This document shows, piece after piece, positions 21,159 through 33,309 of a stretch of 64,000 nt of DNA. Location of the stretch: NCBI GenBank assembly GCA_035604685.1, contig DATNIB010000049.1, positions 8,324-72,323 on the forward strand. Direction: 5' to 3'. The position numbers and the translations under genes are program-made. The notes beneath the pieces are model-generated. The model ran no database searches. It was not told the DNA's origin and saw nothing but the letters and a program-made list of their open reading frames with translations. The stretch is from Acidimicrobiales bacterium. Its GTDB lineage: Bacteria; Actinomycetota; Acidimicrobiia; Acidimicrobiales; RAAP-2. Position 1 is the stretch's first letter; the number at the start of each line of letters is the position of its first letter.

Positions 21159-21917
21159 TCAGGCCCGGTGCAGCACCTCGGCGCGCTCGGCCGCCGCGAC
21201 GAACCCCGTGAACAGCGACAGGTCGTCACCCACCTCGGGGTGCCACTGGACCCCGACGAGGAACGGCAGGTCGGAGTCCTCCAGCGCCTCGACGGTGCCG
21301 TCCTCGGCCCACGCCGACGCGAGCAGTCCCTCTCCGATGCGGTCGACCCCTTGATGGTGGTGGGTGGGCACCACGGTCTCGGTGCGGCCGAGCAGCTCAC
21401 CCACCCGGCTGGAAGGCTCGACGCGCACCCGGTGCCGGCCGTAGATGCCCGGGATCGACATGTGGCTGTCGTTGTGCACCACATCAGGAAGGTGCTGTAG
21501 CAGGGTGCCGCCGCGGGCGACGTTCAGCACCTGCATGCCGCGACAGATGGCGAGCACCGGCATGCGGCGGTCGATGGCCGACGCCAGCAGCGCCAGCTCG
21601 AACTCGTCGCGGACCTCGTCGGGCTTCTGCGCCTTCGGGTGGGGCGTCGCCCCGAAAAGGCGGGCGTCGACATCGACCCCGCCGGTCAGCATGAGCCCGT
21701 CCAGCCGCTCGACCAGCGCGTCGGCGGTGCCGGCCACCGGGGCCAGGACCACGGGGATGCCGCCGGCATCGGCCACCGAGCGCACGTAGGCCACCGTGAC
21801 GAGGGCGGTCTCCTCCTTCCAGACGCCCCAGGTGGCCACGTGCTCGCTCGCCGTGATGCCGATGACGGGGCCGCGACGGACCACCTCGGGAGGCTCAGAG
21901 GGGGGTGACATAGGCAC
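21159..21917 (-). CDS. gamma-glutamyl-amide hydrolase (PuuD-like, peptidase C26 / class I GATase fold)
   Basis: The nucleophile region ICRGMQVLNVARGGTLLQHL and GVQWHPE are typical of PuuD/C26. Confidence 0.8.
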   Translation of the reverse strand: MPMSPPSEPPEVVRRGPVIGITASEHVATWGVWKEETALVTVAYVRSVADAGGIPVVLAPVAGTADALVERLDGLMLTGGVDVDARLFGATPHPKAQKPDEVRDEFELALLASAIDRRMPVLAICRGMQVLNVARGGTLLQHLPDVVHNDSHMSIPGIYGRHRVRVEPSSRVGELLGRTETVVPTHHHQGVDRIGEGLLASAWAEDGTVEALEDSDLPFLVGVQWHPEVGDDLSLFTGFVAAAERAEVLHRA

Positions 21918-22662
21918 CGTGGATCCCCCCGTCGACGAGGAACGTGCTGGCCGTGATGAACGACGCGTCGTCGGAGGCCAAGAAGGCCGCGGCGGCCGCG
22001 ATCTCCTCTGGTTCGGCGAATCGACCCATCGGCACGTGCACCAGCCTACGCGCCGCGCGTTCGGGGTCCGTGGCGAAGAGCTGCTGGAGGAGGGGCGTGT
22101 TCACCGGCCCCGGGCACAACGCGTTGACCCGGACGCCGGACCGGGCGAACTGCACGCCGAGCTCGCGCGACATGGCCAGCACGCCGCCCTTGGAGGCGGT
22201 GTAGGAGATCTGGGAGGTGGCGGAACCGAGCACGGCCACGAAGGAAGCCGTGTTGATGATCGATCCCCCGCCCCGGGCCAGGAGGTGCGGGATCCCGTAC
22301 TTGCAGCAGAGGTAGACGCTCGTCAGGTTCACGTCCTGCACCCGCTGCCAGGCGTCGGCCTCGGTGGTGAGGATGGAGTCGTCGTCGGGCGGCGAGATCC
22401 CCGCGTTGTTGAAGCAGATGTCGACCCCCCCGAAGGCCTCGATGGCCGTCTGGTACATGGCCTGGACGTCGCCGGCCTCGGTCACGTCGACGCGCACCGG
22501 GACCCCGCCGACCTCCGCCGCCACCGCTTCGACGGCGTCACCGTCCAGGTCGGCGGCCACCACGTGGGCCCCGTCCGCGGCGAAGCGTCGGGCGCTGGCC
22601 CGCCCGATCCCACCGGCCGCGCCGGTGATCACGGCGACCTTGCCCTCGAGTCTTCCTGCCAT
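21895..22662 (-). CDS. SDR family oxidoreductase
   Basis: MAGRLEGKVAVITGAAGGIGRA (TGxxxGxG), NNAG, and YTASKGG (YxxxK). Only the C-terminal 255 aa of the tracked 582-aa ORF are real. The start is ATG 22662. Confidence 0.8.
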   Translation of the reverse strand: MAGRLEGKVAVITGAAGGIGRASARRFAADGAHVVAADLDGDAVEAVAAEVGGVPVRVDVTEAGDVQAMYQTAIEAFGGVDICFNNAGISPPDDDSILTTEADAWQRVQDVNLTSVYLCCKYGIPHLLARGGGSIINTASFVAVLGSATSQISYTASKGGVLAMSRELGVQFARSGVRVNALCPGPVNTPLLQQLFATDPERAARRLVHVPMGRFAEPEEIAAAAAFLASDDASFITASTFLVDGGIHGAYVTPL

Positions 22663-22664
22663 GC

Positions 22665-24032
22665 TCACGCCTCCGTCGAGATGAACACGTTCTTGGTGTC
22701 GCTGAAGGCGTCCAACGCATCGGGACCGAGCTCCCGCCCGAGCCCGGACTGCTTGAAGCCGCCAAACGGGGTCCAGTAGCGGACGGACGAGTGCGAGTTG
22801 ACCGACAGGTTGCCGCTCTCGACCGCCCGAGCCACCCGCAGCGCGCGCCCGACGTCGCGCGTCCAGATCGAACCGGACAGCCCGTAGGGGGTGTCGTTGG
22901 CGATCCTGATGGCATCCGCCTCGTCCTCGAAGGGCACGACCACGACGACCGGCCCGAAGATCTCCTCTCGGCACTGCACGGCGTCCTCGGCCACCGGCGC
23001 CAGCACCGTCGGCGGGAACCAGAAGCCGGGTCCGTCGGGAGCAGTGCCCCGGAACGCGACCGGTGCGCCGTCGGGGACGAAGGTGGCGACGCGCGCGCGG
23101 TGCTCGGCGCTGATGAGCGGCCCCATCTCGCTCTCCTCGCTGGTCGGATCGAGTACCCGCAGCGCCTTGACGGCCGGCTCCAGGAGCGCCATGAAGCGTT
23201 CGAAGGCCGGGCGCTGTACGAGGATGCGCGAACGCGCGCAGCAGTCCTGCCCCGCGTTGTCGAAGACCCCGTAGGGGGCGGTGGCCGCCGCCCGCTCGAT
23301 GTCGGCATCGGCGAAGACGATGTTGGCGCTCTTCCCCCCGAGCTCGAGCGTGACCCGCTTCACCTGGGCCGCGCAGCCGGCCATCACCGACTTGCCCACC
23401 TCGGTCGAACCGGTGAAGCAGATCTTGCGGACCGCCGGATGGGTGATGAGACGCTCTCCCACCTCGGACCCGGCGCCCGTGACCACCTGGAAGACCCCCT
23501 CGGGGATCCCGGCCTGCGTCGCCAGCCCGGCCAGCTTCAGGGCCGTCAACGGCGTCAGGCTCGCCGGCTTCAACACGACCGTGTTCCCGGCCGCCAGGGC
23601 GGGCGCGAAGCCCCAGCCGGCGATCGGCATCGGGAAATTCCACGGCACGATCAGTCCCACGACCCCCAGGGGCTCTTGGAAGGTCACGTCGATCCCGCCG
23701 GGCACTGGGATCTGACGGCCGAAGTGCCGCTCGGGGGCCCCGGCGTAGTAGGCCAGCACGTCACGGACGTTGCCGGCCTCCCATCGGGCATTGGTGATCG
23801 GGTGGCCCGAGTTGGTCACCTCGAGCTGCGCCAGCTCTTCCGCGGCCCCATCGACGGCCTCGGCGAATCGCCGCAGCAGGCGGGCCCGGTCGCCGGGCGA
23901 GGTGCGGGCCCAGTCGGGCTGGGCCGCCCGCGCGACCGCGACGACTGCGTCGACTTCTGAGACATCGGCCTGGTGCACCTCGGCGAAGGGCTCACCGGTC
24001 GTGGGATTGACGACGGGCGCCCCCGTCGTCAC
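22665..24032 (-). CDS. NAD(P)-dependent aldehyde dehydrogenase
   Basis: 455 aa with VTLELGGKSANIVFADAD (catalytic Glu region) and GQDCCARSRILV (catalytic Cys). Confidence 0.85.
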   Translation of the reverse strand: MTTGAPVVNPTTGEPFAEVHQADVSEVDAVVAVARAAQPDWARTSPGDRARLLRRFAEAVDGAAEELAQLEVTNSGHPITNARWEAGNVRDVLAYYAGAPERHFGRQIPVPGGIDVTFQEPLGVVGLIVPWNFPMPIAGWGFAPALAAGNTVVLKPASLTPLTALKLAGLATQAGIPEGVFQVVTGAGSEVGERLITHPAVRKICFTGSTEVGKSVMAGCAAQVKRVTLELGGKSANIVFADADIERAAATAPYGVFDNAGQDCCARSRILVQRPAFERFMALLEPAVKALRVLDPTSEESEMGPLISAEHRARVATFVPDGAPVAFRGTAPDGPGFWFPPTVLAPVAEDAVQCREEIFGPVVVVVPFEDEADAIRIANDTPYGLSGSIWTRDVGRALRVARAVESGNLSVNSHSSVRYWTPFGGFKQSGLGRELGPDALDAFSDTKNVFISTEA

Positions 24033-25396
24033 AGCCGTTCGAAGCCGCGGAATCGTTCCCAGTCGGTCACCGACGACTCGAATGCGGCCAGCTCGATCCT
24101 CGCCATGTTGGCGTAATGCTCCACCACCTCACCCCCGAAGGCGAATCGGGCGATCTCGCTGTGTTCGAACAGCCGGGCCGCCTTGGCCAGCGTGGACGGC
24201 ACCCGAGGACGATCGGTGGCCGCGTAGGCGTTGCCCACGAATTCGGGCTCGAGCACGAGCCCCTGCTCGACGCCGTGCAGGGCGCCGGCCACCAGCGCCG
24301 CGATCGCCAGGTAGGGGTTGACGTCGCCGCCGGGCACCCGGTTCTCCACCCGCAGCGAGGCACCGTGGCCGACCACCCGCAACGAGCAGGTCCGGTTGTC
24401 CCGACCCCAGGCGACGGTGGTGGGGGCGAAGGTCCCCTCGCTGTAGCGCTTGTAGCTGTTGACGTTCGGTGCCAGGAACAACGTCAGCTCTGGCAGCGTC
24501 GCCAACATGCCCGCCATCGCGCTGGCGAAGACCCCGCTCGGCGCGCCGGCGGCGTCGTTGCCGAAGACCGGCCGGTCCTCGGTGTCACGCAACGAGAGGT
24601 GGATGTGGCAGGAGTTGCCCTCCCGCGCGTCGAACTTGGCCATGAAGGTGAGGCTCATGCCCTCCTGGGCGGCGATCTCCTTGGCACCGGTCTTGTAGAG
24701 GACGTGGCGGTCGGCCGTACCGAGCGCGTCGGTGTAACGGAACGCGATCTCGTGCTGGCCGAAGTTGCACTCCCCCTTGGCCGACTCGGGCTCCAACCCC
24801 GCTCCGGCCATCTCGTTTCGGATGCGCCGCAGCAGCGGCTCGACGCGGGCGGTGCCGAGCATCGAGTAGTCCACGTTGTAGAGGTTGGCCGGGGTGAGGT
24901 CGCGGTAGGCCTTCTTCCAGGCCTCCTCGTAGGTGTCCTGGAAGACGATGAACTCGAGCTCGGTGCCGACCAGTGCCGTCCAGCCCCGCTCGGCCAGGCG
25001 GTCGACCTGGCGGCGGAGGATCTGGCGCGGCGAGGCGACCACGGGGGACTCGTCGGCCCAGGCCAGGTCGGCCAGGCACAGCGCGGTGCCGGGGTGCCAC
25101 GGCACCATGCACAGAGTGGCCAGGTCCGGCCGCATGACGAAGTCGCCGTAGCCGCGATCCCACGACGACATGGCGTACCCGCCGACCGTGTTCATCTCGA
25201 CGTCGACGGCCAGCAGGTAGTTGCAGCCCTCCGCCGCGTTCGGCACGACCTCCTCCAAGAAGTACCGCGCGTGGCACCGTTTGCCCTGGAGGCGACCCTG
25301 CATGTCGGTGATGCCGAGGAGGACGGTGTCCACCTCACCCTGCTCGACCAGGTGGCGCAGCTCCTCGAGGGAGAGTGCGCCCCCTGGCGCGCTCAC
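24029..25396 (-). CDS. glutamine synthetase family protein (gamma-glutamyl-amine ligase, PuuA/GlnA3-4-like)
   Basis: TELEFIVF, CNFGQHEIAFRY, NSCHIHLSL and NSYKR motifs are present. GTG 25396 overlaps the permease stop (GTGA). The upstream part of the tracked 650-aa ORF is an alternative frame of the permease gene. Confidence 0.8.
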   Translation of the reverse strand: MSAPGGALSLEELRHLVEQGEVDTVLLGITDMQGRLQGKRCHARYFLEEVVPNAAEGCNYLLAVDVEMNTVGGYAMSSWDRGYGDFVMRPDLATLCMVPWHPGTALCLADLAWADESPVVASPRQILRRQVDRLAERGWTALVGTELEFIVFQDTYEEAWKKAYRDLTPANLYNVDYSMLGTARVEPLLRRIRNEMAGAGLEPESAKGECNFGQHEIAFRYTDALGTADRHVLYKTGAKEIAAQEGMSLTFMAKFDAREGNSCHIHLSLRDTEDRPVFGNDAAGAPSGVFASAMAGMLATLPELTLFLAPNVNSYKRYSEGTFAPTTVAWGRDNRTCSLRVVGHGASLRVENRVPGGDVNPYLAIAALVAGALHGVEQGLVLEPEFVGNAYAATDRPRVPSTLAKAARLFEHSEIARFAFGGEVVEHYANMARIELAAFESSVTDWERFRGFERL

Positions 25397-26943
25397 CCGG
25401 CGCGCTCCAGCTGCGCCTCGATGGCCTCGAGTTCGACCTCGGTGCCCTGGGCCCTTGGGCCCTTGAACCACTTGCGGGCGCTGAGCAGCCAGTAGCCGCC
25501 GGCGTAGAGCAGCACGACACCGACCGCCACCGGGGTGTAGTTGAAGTTGTGCCAGGTGATGGGGCTGGCCGTCGGCAGCACGAACAGGACCGTGATGACC
25601 CCGACCCAGATGACCCCGACCCAACCGACGAGGGCGCTCCATCTGCCAAGGCTCCACGGCCCCGGCGTGAACGCGTTGCCGGCGAGGCGACGCAGGAGCG
25701 TCGGGATGACGTAGGCGATGTAGAGGCCGATGACCGAGATCGAGATGACGGCCCCGTAGGCGACCGAGCTCCACATCGAGGGAATCGCCAGGATGAAGGC
25801 GAACACCACGGCGAAGTAGACGGCCCGGCTCGGCGTCCGGGTCCGGGGATTGATGTGGTGCCAGAAGTTCGATCCCGGGATGGCGCCGTCCCGGGAGAAG
25901 GCGTAGATCATCCGGGAGTTGGCGGTCACCGAGGCCATCCCGCAGTACGCCTGGGCCACCATCGCCACCACGAGCAGCCACTCACCGCCGTGGCGCCCGA
26001 TGGCGTCGATCCAGATCTGCACCGGGGGGACACCGGTGCTCGACGTGAGCGCGCTCTGGTAGTTGCTGGTGATGGCGTAGGTGATCCCGACCAACAGGAC
26101 GAACCCGGCGATCAGCGACACCCAGATGGAGCGGACGATCCCCTTCGGCCCGGCCACCCCGGCGTTGTGGGTCTCCTCGGTCATGTGGGCCGAGGCGTCG
26201 TAGCCCGTGAAGGTGTACTGCGCCAGGAGCAGTCCGATCATGAACACGTAGAACCGGTTGTGGTACCCCGTCTCATTGACCAGCCGGGTGAAGACGAACG
26301 ACGCCGAGGCGTGGTGCGCCGGCACGGCCAGCAGGACGATGACGATCAGGAGCACCCCCAGGATGTGCCACCAGACGCTCACGTCCGACAGGAACGCCAC
26401 CACGCGGACCCCGAAGATGTTGAGCCCGGCATGGATGAGGAGAATGCCGGCGTAGACGATGAGCGTGTGCCCGGGCGTGGCGGCCCAACCGGTGGTCAGG
26501 TTGAGGAAGGCCGTGAAGAACAGGGAGAACCCGTAGTCGATGCCGGCGGTGACCGCCACCTGCCCGAGCAGGTTGAACCATCCGGTGAACCAGCTCCACG
26601 CGGGTGCGTTGCGCTTGGCCAGCTTGGCCGACCAGTAGTAGAGGCCGCCGGCGGTCGGATACGCGGAGCACACCTCGGCCATGCCGAGGCCCACGATCAG
26701 CGTCATCAAGCCGACGAAGATCCACCCCCACGTCATGTCGACCGGTCCACCGTTGGTCATGGCGATCCCGTAGGCCGTCAGGCAGCCCGAGAGGATCGAG
26801 ATGATGGTGAACGAGACCGCGAAGTTGGAGAATCCCCCCATCCGCCGCTGCAGCTCCTGGGCGTAGCCCATCGAGTGCAGCTTGGCGGTGTCGGCATCCA
26901 TCCCCGCCGCGGTCGGCGACGCGGGTTCCCCGGTGATTGTCAT
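25393..26943 (-). CDS. APC superfamily amino acid/amine permease
   Basis: 516 aa with ~12 predicted TM helices. The N-terminus (GGFSNFAVSFTIISILSGCLTAYG) is typical of APC permeases. Confidence 0.85.
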   Translation of the reverse strand: MTITGEPASPTAAGMDADTAKLHSMGYAQELQRRMGGFSNFAVSFTIISILSGCLTAYGIAMTNGGPVDMTWGWIFVGLMTLIVGLGMAEVCSAYPTAGGLYYWSAKLAKRNAPAWSWFTGWFNLLGQVAVTAGIDYGFSLFFTAFLNLTTGWAATPGHTLIVYAGILLIHAGLNIFGVRVVAFLSDVSVWWHILGVLLIVIVLLAVPAHHASASFVFTRLVNETGYHNRFYVFMIGLLLAQYTFTGYDASAHMTEETHNAGVAGPKGIVRSIWVSLIAGFVLLVGITYAITSNYQSALTSSTGVPPVQIWIDAIGRHGGEWLLVVAMVAQAYCGMASVTANSRMIYAFSRDGAIPGSNFWHHINPRTRTPSRAVYFAVVFAFILAIPSMWSSVAYGAVISISVIGLYIAYVIPTLLRRLAGNAFTPGPWSLGRWSALVGWVGVIWVGVITVLFVLPTASPITWHNFNYTPVAVGVVLLYAGGYWLLSARKWFKGPRAQGTEVELEAIEAQLERAG

Positions 26944-27092
26944 GTCCCCTCCTGCCCCCCCGACTTGGACCGCACTGAACCAGGCCGCGGCATTCCTGTC
27001 AACCGTGTTGCACCGACGGAACCGACCACGCCGGCCGGCCGGCCGGCTGCCTGCGCTACATTCCGAGAACGTGCCCCCGACCAGGGGGTGTC

Positions 27093-27941
27093 ATGCGCCT
27101 GGGGGATGGAATGGTCGAGCCCGGAAGGGTCGAGGTGGAGCGGGACGTCGTGTTCGGGACCGGCGGCGGTCGCGACCTCAAGTGCAACGTCTATCGCCCG
27201 CCGACGAGCGAAGAGCGCCTCCCGGGCATCCTGCTCATCCACGGCGGGGGTTGGCGCAGCGGGGACCGGAACCAGCTGCACGGCTACGGCATCCTGCTCG
27301 GCCGGGCCGGCTACGTCTGCGTGGCCTCCGAGTACCGGCTCGTCGGCGAGTCACCCTGGCCGGCGCAGATCGAGGACGTGAAGGCCGCGCTCCGTTGGAT
27401 GCGGGCCAATGCCGACGCGCTGCACCTCGACCCCGATCGCATCGCCGTCGAGGGTAACTCCGCCGGCGCCCACCTGGCGCTGTTCGCCGCGGCGACCCAG
27501 CACGACGACCGCTACGAGGGATCGGGAGGGAACCCGGGGGTGAGCAGCGCGGTGCGGGCCGCCATCGGCGTGTACACCCCGACCGTCTTTCGCGAGGAGG
27601 AGAAGGTCCGCGGGTCGGTGCCGGTCCAGGCCATCTCCGACCACCCGACGCCCGGGCTGGCCCAAGAGGTGAGCCCGCTGCACCACCTGAGCGCCGAATG
27701 CCCCCCGGTGCTCTTGATCCACGGGACGGCGGACACGACCGTGCCCGTCAGCGCCACCATGGTCGCCTACGACGCCCTGCGGAACCTCGGCGTGCCGGTG
27801 GAGCTGCACATCTACGCGGAGCAGGCACACGCCTTCGACGCCGACGCCCGATTCGGGCGGCGCTGTGCCGACGCGATGTTGTTCTTCCTGGAGCGCTACC
27901 TGCTCGAGGCCGCGGCGACGCCGGCGGCCGTCTCGGGCTGA
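27093..27941 (+). CDS. alpha/beta hydrolase fold-3 esterase/lipase
   Basis: Oxyanion motif IHGGGWRSGD, nucleophile elbow EGNSAGAHLA, and a C-terminal HGTADTTV...H. Confidence 0.75.
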   Translation: MRLGDGMVEPGRVEVERDVVFGTGGGRDLKCNVYRPPTSEERLPGILLIHGGGWRSGDRNQLHGYGILLGRAGYVCVASEYRLVGESPWPAQIEDVKAALRWMRANADALHLDPDRIAVEGNSAGAHLALFAAATQHDDRYEGSGGNPGVSSAVRAAIGVYTPTVFREEEKVRGSVPVQAISDHPTPGLAQEVSPLHHLSAECPPVLLIHGTADTTVPVSATMVAYDALRNLGVPVELHIYAEQAHAFDADARFGRRCADAMLFFLERYLLEAAATPAAVSG

Positions 27942-28018
27942 TCCCCCCACCCGCCGGCCTCGACCAGCACCGTCCGCCGCGTCGCTCACACGTCGCGCCC
28001 GGGGCGGCGGGCTGCCGC

Positions 28019-29743
28019 TCACATGCGGTCGGGGGCCTCGATCCCGAGCAGTGACAGACCGCTGCGCAAGACCCGGGCCGTCAGCTGGCTGAGTCCGAGC
28101 CGGCTGCGCCGGGTTGACTCGTCGTCGACCAGCACGCGGCACTGCTCATAGAAGGTCGTGAAGGTGGCGGCCAGGTCGTAGAGGTAGGCGCACAGCTTGT
28201 GGGGGCTCTGCGTGGTCAGCGTCTCGGCCAGCGCCTCGGGGAAGCTCAAGAGCGAGAGGCCGAGGGCCCGCTCGTGCGGGTCGTCGAGCGAGATCGGACC
28301 GGTCTCGGCGCCGACGTCGCCCCGGCGGAAGATCGAGCACACCCGCGCGTGCGCGTACTGCAGGTAGGGACCGGTGTTGCCCTCGAAGGCGAGCATCCGG
28401 TCCCAGTCAAAGACGTAGTCGCGCAGCCGGTCGGTGGAGAGGTCGGCGTACTTGATGGCGCCGATGCCCAGCATCCGCGCCACCGCATCGCCGGCGTCGG
28501 GATGCTCCCCGTCGGTCGCCTCGGCCCGCGTCGCCATCGCCGCGGCCGCCCGGTCGACGGCCTCGTCGAGCAGATCGATGAGGCGCACGCTGTCGCCCTC
28601 CCGGCTCTTCAGCATGCGGTGATCCGTGCCGAGCACGTTCCCGAAGGCGACGTGCTCGACGTCGACGGTCTCGGGCAGCCAGCCGGCCATGGCCGCCACC
28701 GCGAAGCACATCTGGAGGTGCTGGGCCTGGGGGGCTCCGACGACGTAGAACACCTGGTCGGCGCGCAGGTCGCGGACCCGGTGGCGGATCGCCGCCAGAT
28801 CGGTGGCGGCGTAGCCGAAGCCGCCGTCGGACTTCTGCACGATGAGGGGCAGCGGTTCCCCGTGCCGGTTGGTGAACCCCGGCGGGAACACGCACTTGGC
28901 CCCGTCGTCGACCACAAGGAGTCCGAGCGCGTCGAGATCGGCGACGACGCCCGCCAGTGCGTCGTTGTAGGTGCTCTCGCCGGCCAGATCGTCGTCGGTG
29001 AGGAGCACCCCGAGCTTGGCGTAGACGGCGTCGAAGTAGGACACGCTCTGGGCGACCAACACGCGCCAGAGGCGCAAGGTCTCCGGATCGCCCGACTGCA
29101 GCAGCACCACCCGTCCCCGGCTCCGTTCGCGGAAGGCCTCGTCGGCGTCGAACGACACGCGCGCCTGGCGGTAGAAGCCGGTCAGGTCCCCGAGCGAGAG
29201 CTCCTGGGCCCCCTGCTCCTCGCCGAGGTCGACCAGGTGCTCGATCAGCATGCCGAACGGGGTGCCCCAGTCGCCGATGTGGTTCTGGCGCCGGACGTCG
29301 TGGCCGACGAAGGCGAGCATTCGGCACAGGGCGTCCCCGATGACCGTGGTCCGCAGGTGGCCGACGTGCATCTCCTTGGCCACGTTGGGATGGGAGTAGT
29401 CGACGACCACGGTCTTGGTCACGGGAGCCAGCGCCACGCCCAGCCGCTCGTCCGCGGCCATCTCCGCCAGCTGGGCCTCGAGAAACGCCCGCGAGAACGT
29501 GAAGTTGATGAAGCCGGGTCCGCTGACCTCGACCGACTGGCACACGTCAGCCACCTCGAGTGCGGCCGCCACCTCTCGGGCCACGTCCCTCGGGTCGCGC
29601 CCCAGACGTTTGGCCAGTCCGAGCGCCCCGTTCGCCTGCCGGTCGGCCCGCTCCGAGGGCCGCAGGACCGGGTCGGCGCCCGGCTCGAGCGCGCCGAAGG
29701 CCGCGCCGAGCCGCCCGCTGAGCTCCGCTGTCGGGCCGACCAT
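28019..29743 (-). CDS. argS: arginine--tRNA ligase
   Basis: The HIGH-type motif is [20 protein letters not shown]. The C-terminal anticodon-binding domain ends in ...[11 protein letters not shown] trimmed the start to ATG 29743 ([12 protein letters not shown]). Confidence 0.9.
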   Translation of the reverse strand: MVGPTAELSGRLGAAFGALEPGADPVLRPSERADRQANGALGLAKRLGRDPRDVAREVAAALEVADVCQSVEVSGPGFINFTFSRAFLEAQLAEMAADERLGVALAPVTKTVVVDYSHPNVAKEMHVGHLRTTVIGDALCRMLAFVGHDVRRQNHIGDWGTPFGMLIEHLVDLGEEQGAQELSLGDLTGFYRQARVSFDADEAFRERSRGRVVLLQSGDPETLRLWRVLVAQSVSYFDAVYAKLGVLLTDDDLAGESTYNDALAGVVADLDALGLLVVDDGAKCVFPPGFTNRHGEPLPLIVQKSDGGFGYAATDLAAIRHRVRDLRADQVFYVVGAPQAQHLQMCFAVAAMAGWLPETVDVEHVAFGNVLGTDHRMLKSREGDSVRLIDLLDEAVDRAAAAMATRAEATDGEHPDAGDAVARMLGIGAIKYADLSTDRLRDYVFDWDRMLAFEGNTGPYLQYAHARVCSIFRRGDVGAETGPISLDDPHERALGLSLLSFPEALAETLTTQSPHKLCAYLYDLAATFTTFYEQCRVLVDDESTRRSRLGLSQLTARVLRSGLSLLGIEAPDRM

Positions 29744-29815
29744 GACCCATCTTCGCACCCGGCGCGCCGCGCCCGGGGTGGGCGACCCCGAACGGGAGGG
29801 GTGCAGAATGGCGGC

Positions 29816-32494
<2,679 letters not shown>

Positions 32495-32497
32495 GCC

Positions 32498-32514
32498 GGC
32501 CGCCCCGGGCGGCC
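32498..32514. terminator. 7-bp GC hairpin between convergent acnA and the PIG-L gene
   Basis: ggccgcc (32498-32504) pairs with ggcggcc (32508-32514) around a 3-nt loop. It begins 4 nt after the acnA stop. There is no U-tract. Confidence 0.25.
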
Positions 32515-32527
32515 ACCGGAAGGGGGC

Positions 32528-33274
32528 TCAGCCGGTCGGGACGACCCGGAAGACCTCGGCCAGCGTGCCCTCGGGTCGGCCGGCCGCCGCGGCGTTGGCC
32601 GACGCCCAGCCGCGGATCCGCTCGGCCAGCCCGTCGTTGCGGGTCCCCTGGCTCTCGTGACAGCGCAGGGCCGCCACCTTGGTCTCGAAGGTGTCGGTGA
32701 TGTCGACGGCGCGGGAGTTGTCGTTCGTGGTCATCAGCCAGATCTCGGCCACGCTGTGGGGTTCGAGCCCCTCGTCGTCGATCAGCTCGGGATACGCGAA
32801 CGGGTTCCGGGCGTCCGGATAGACCGCGCACACGGCGGCCTCGCCGGCCGCCAGGTGGTCCGGGTGGCTGGCGTAGATGAAGTCCCAGAACCGTTGTGGG
32901 GAGTGGGTGATCACACGCTCGGGTCGGAACCGGCGGATCTCGCGGGTGATGTCCCGACGCAGCGCCATCGAGGGCGTCACCGCGCCGTCTGGGTGGCCGA
33001 GGAAGGTGACCTGGTGGACGCCGACCTCGGCGGCCGCGGCGCGCTGCTCGCGCTGGCGGGTCTCGGCCATCTCCTCCCTCGGTATCGAGCGATCCGATCC
33101 GCCCGCCTCCCCGTTGGTCGCGATGCAGTAGGCGACCTCGATGCCGGCGGCGCAGAACGCCGCCACCGAACCGGCCACCCCGAAGTCGACATCGTCGGGA
33201 TGCGCGGTCACGACCAGGATCCGGCGGACGCCGTCGTCGGGGGACCACAGCTCCATGGGCGCCGTCTCGCTCAT
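32528..33274 (-). CDS. PIG-L/LmbE family deacetylase
   Basis: ILVVTAHPDDVDFG (AHPDD motif), HPDH, and the typical ~250-aa size. The start is ATG 33274 (MSETAPMEL). Confidence 0.75.
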   Translation of the reverse strand: MSETAPMELWSPDDGVRRILVVTAHPDDVDFGVAGSVAAFCAAGIEVAYCIATNGEAGGSDRSIPREEMAETRQREQRAAAAEVGVHQVTFLGHPDGAVTPSMALRRDITREIRRFRPERVITHSPQRFWDFIYASHPDHLAAGEAAVCAVYPDARNPFAYPELIDDEGLEPHSVAEIWLMTTNDNSRAVDITDTFETKVAALRCHESQGTRNDGLAERIRGWASANAAAAGRPEGTLAEVFRVVPTG

Positions 33275-33309
33275 CGAAGAATGGGGGACCGAATCGGAAC
33301 GACGGGTGG

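Noticed and set aside
28199-29815. The first 539 codons of the 1431-aa tracked ORF that continues into acnA.
   Set aside because: This part is antisense to argS, is Arg/Gly/Val-rich with no recognisable domain, and aconitase homology begins only at [10 protein letters not shown] (29816). It is a typical high-GC open-frame artefact.
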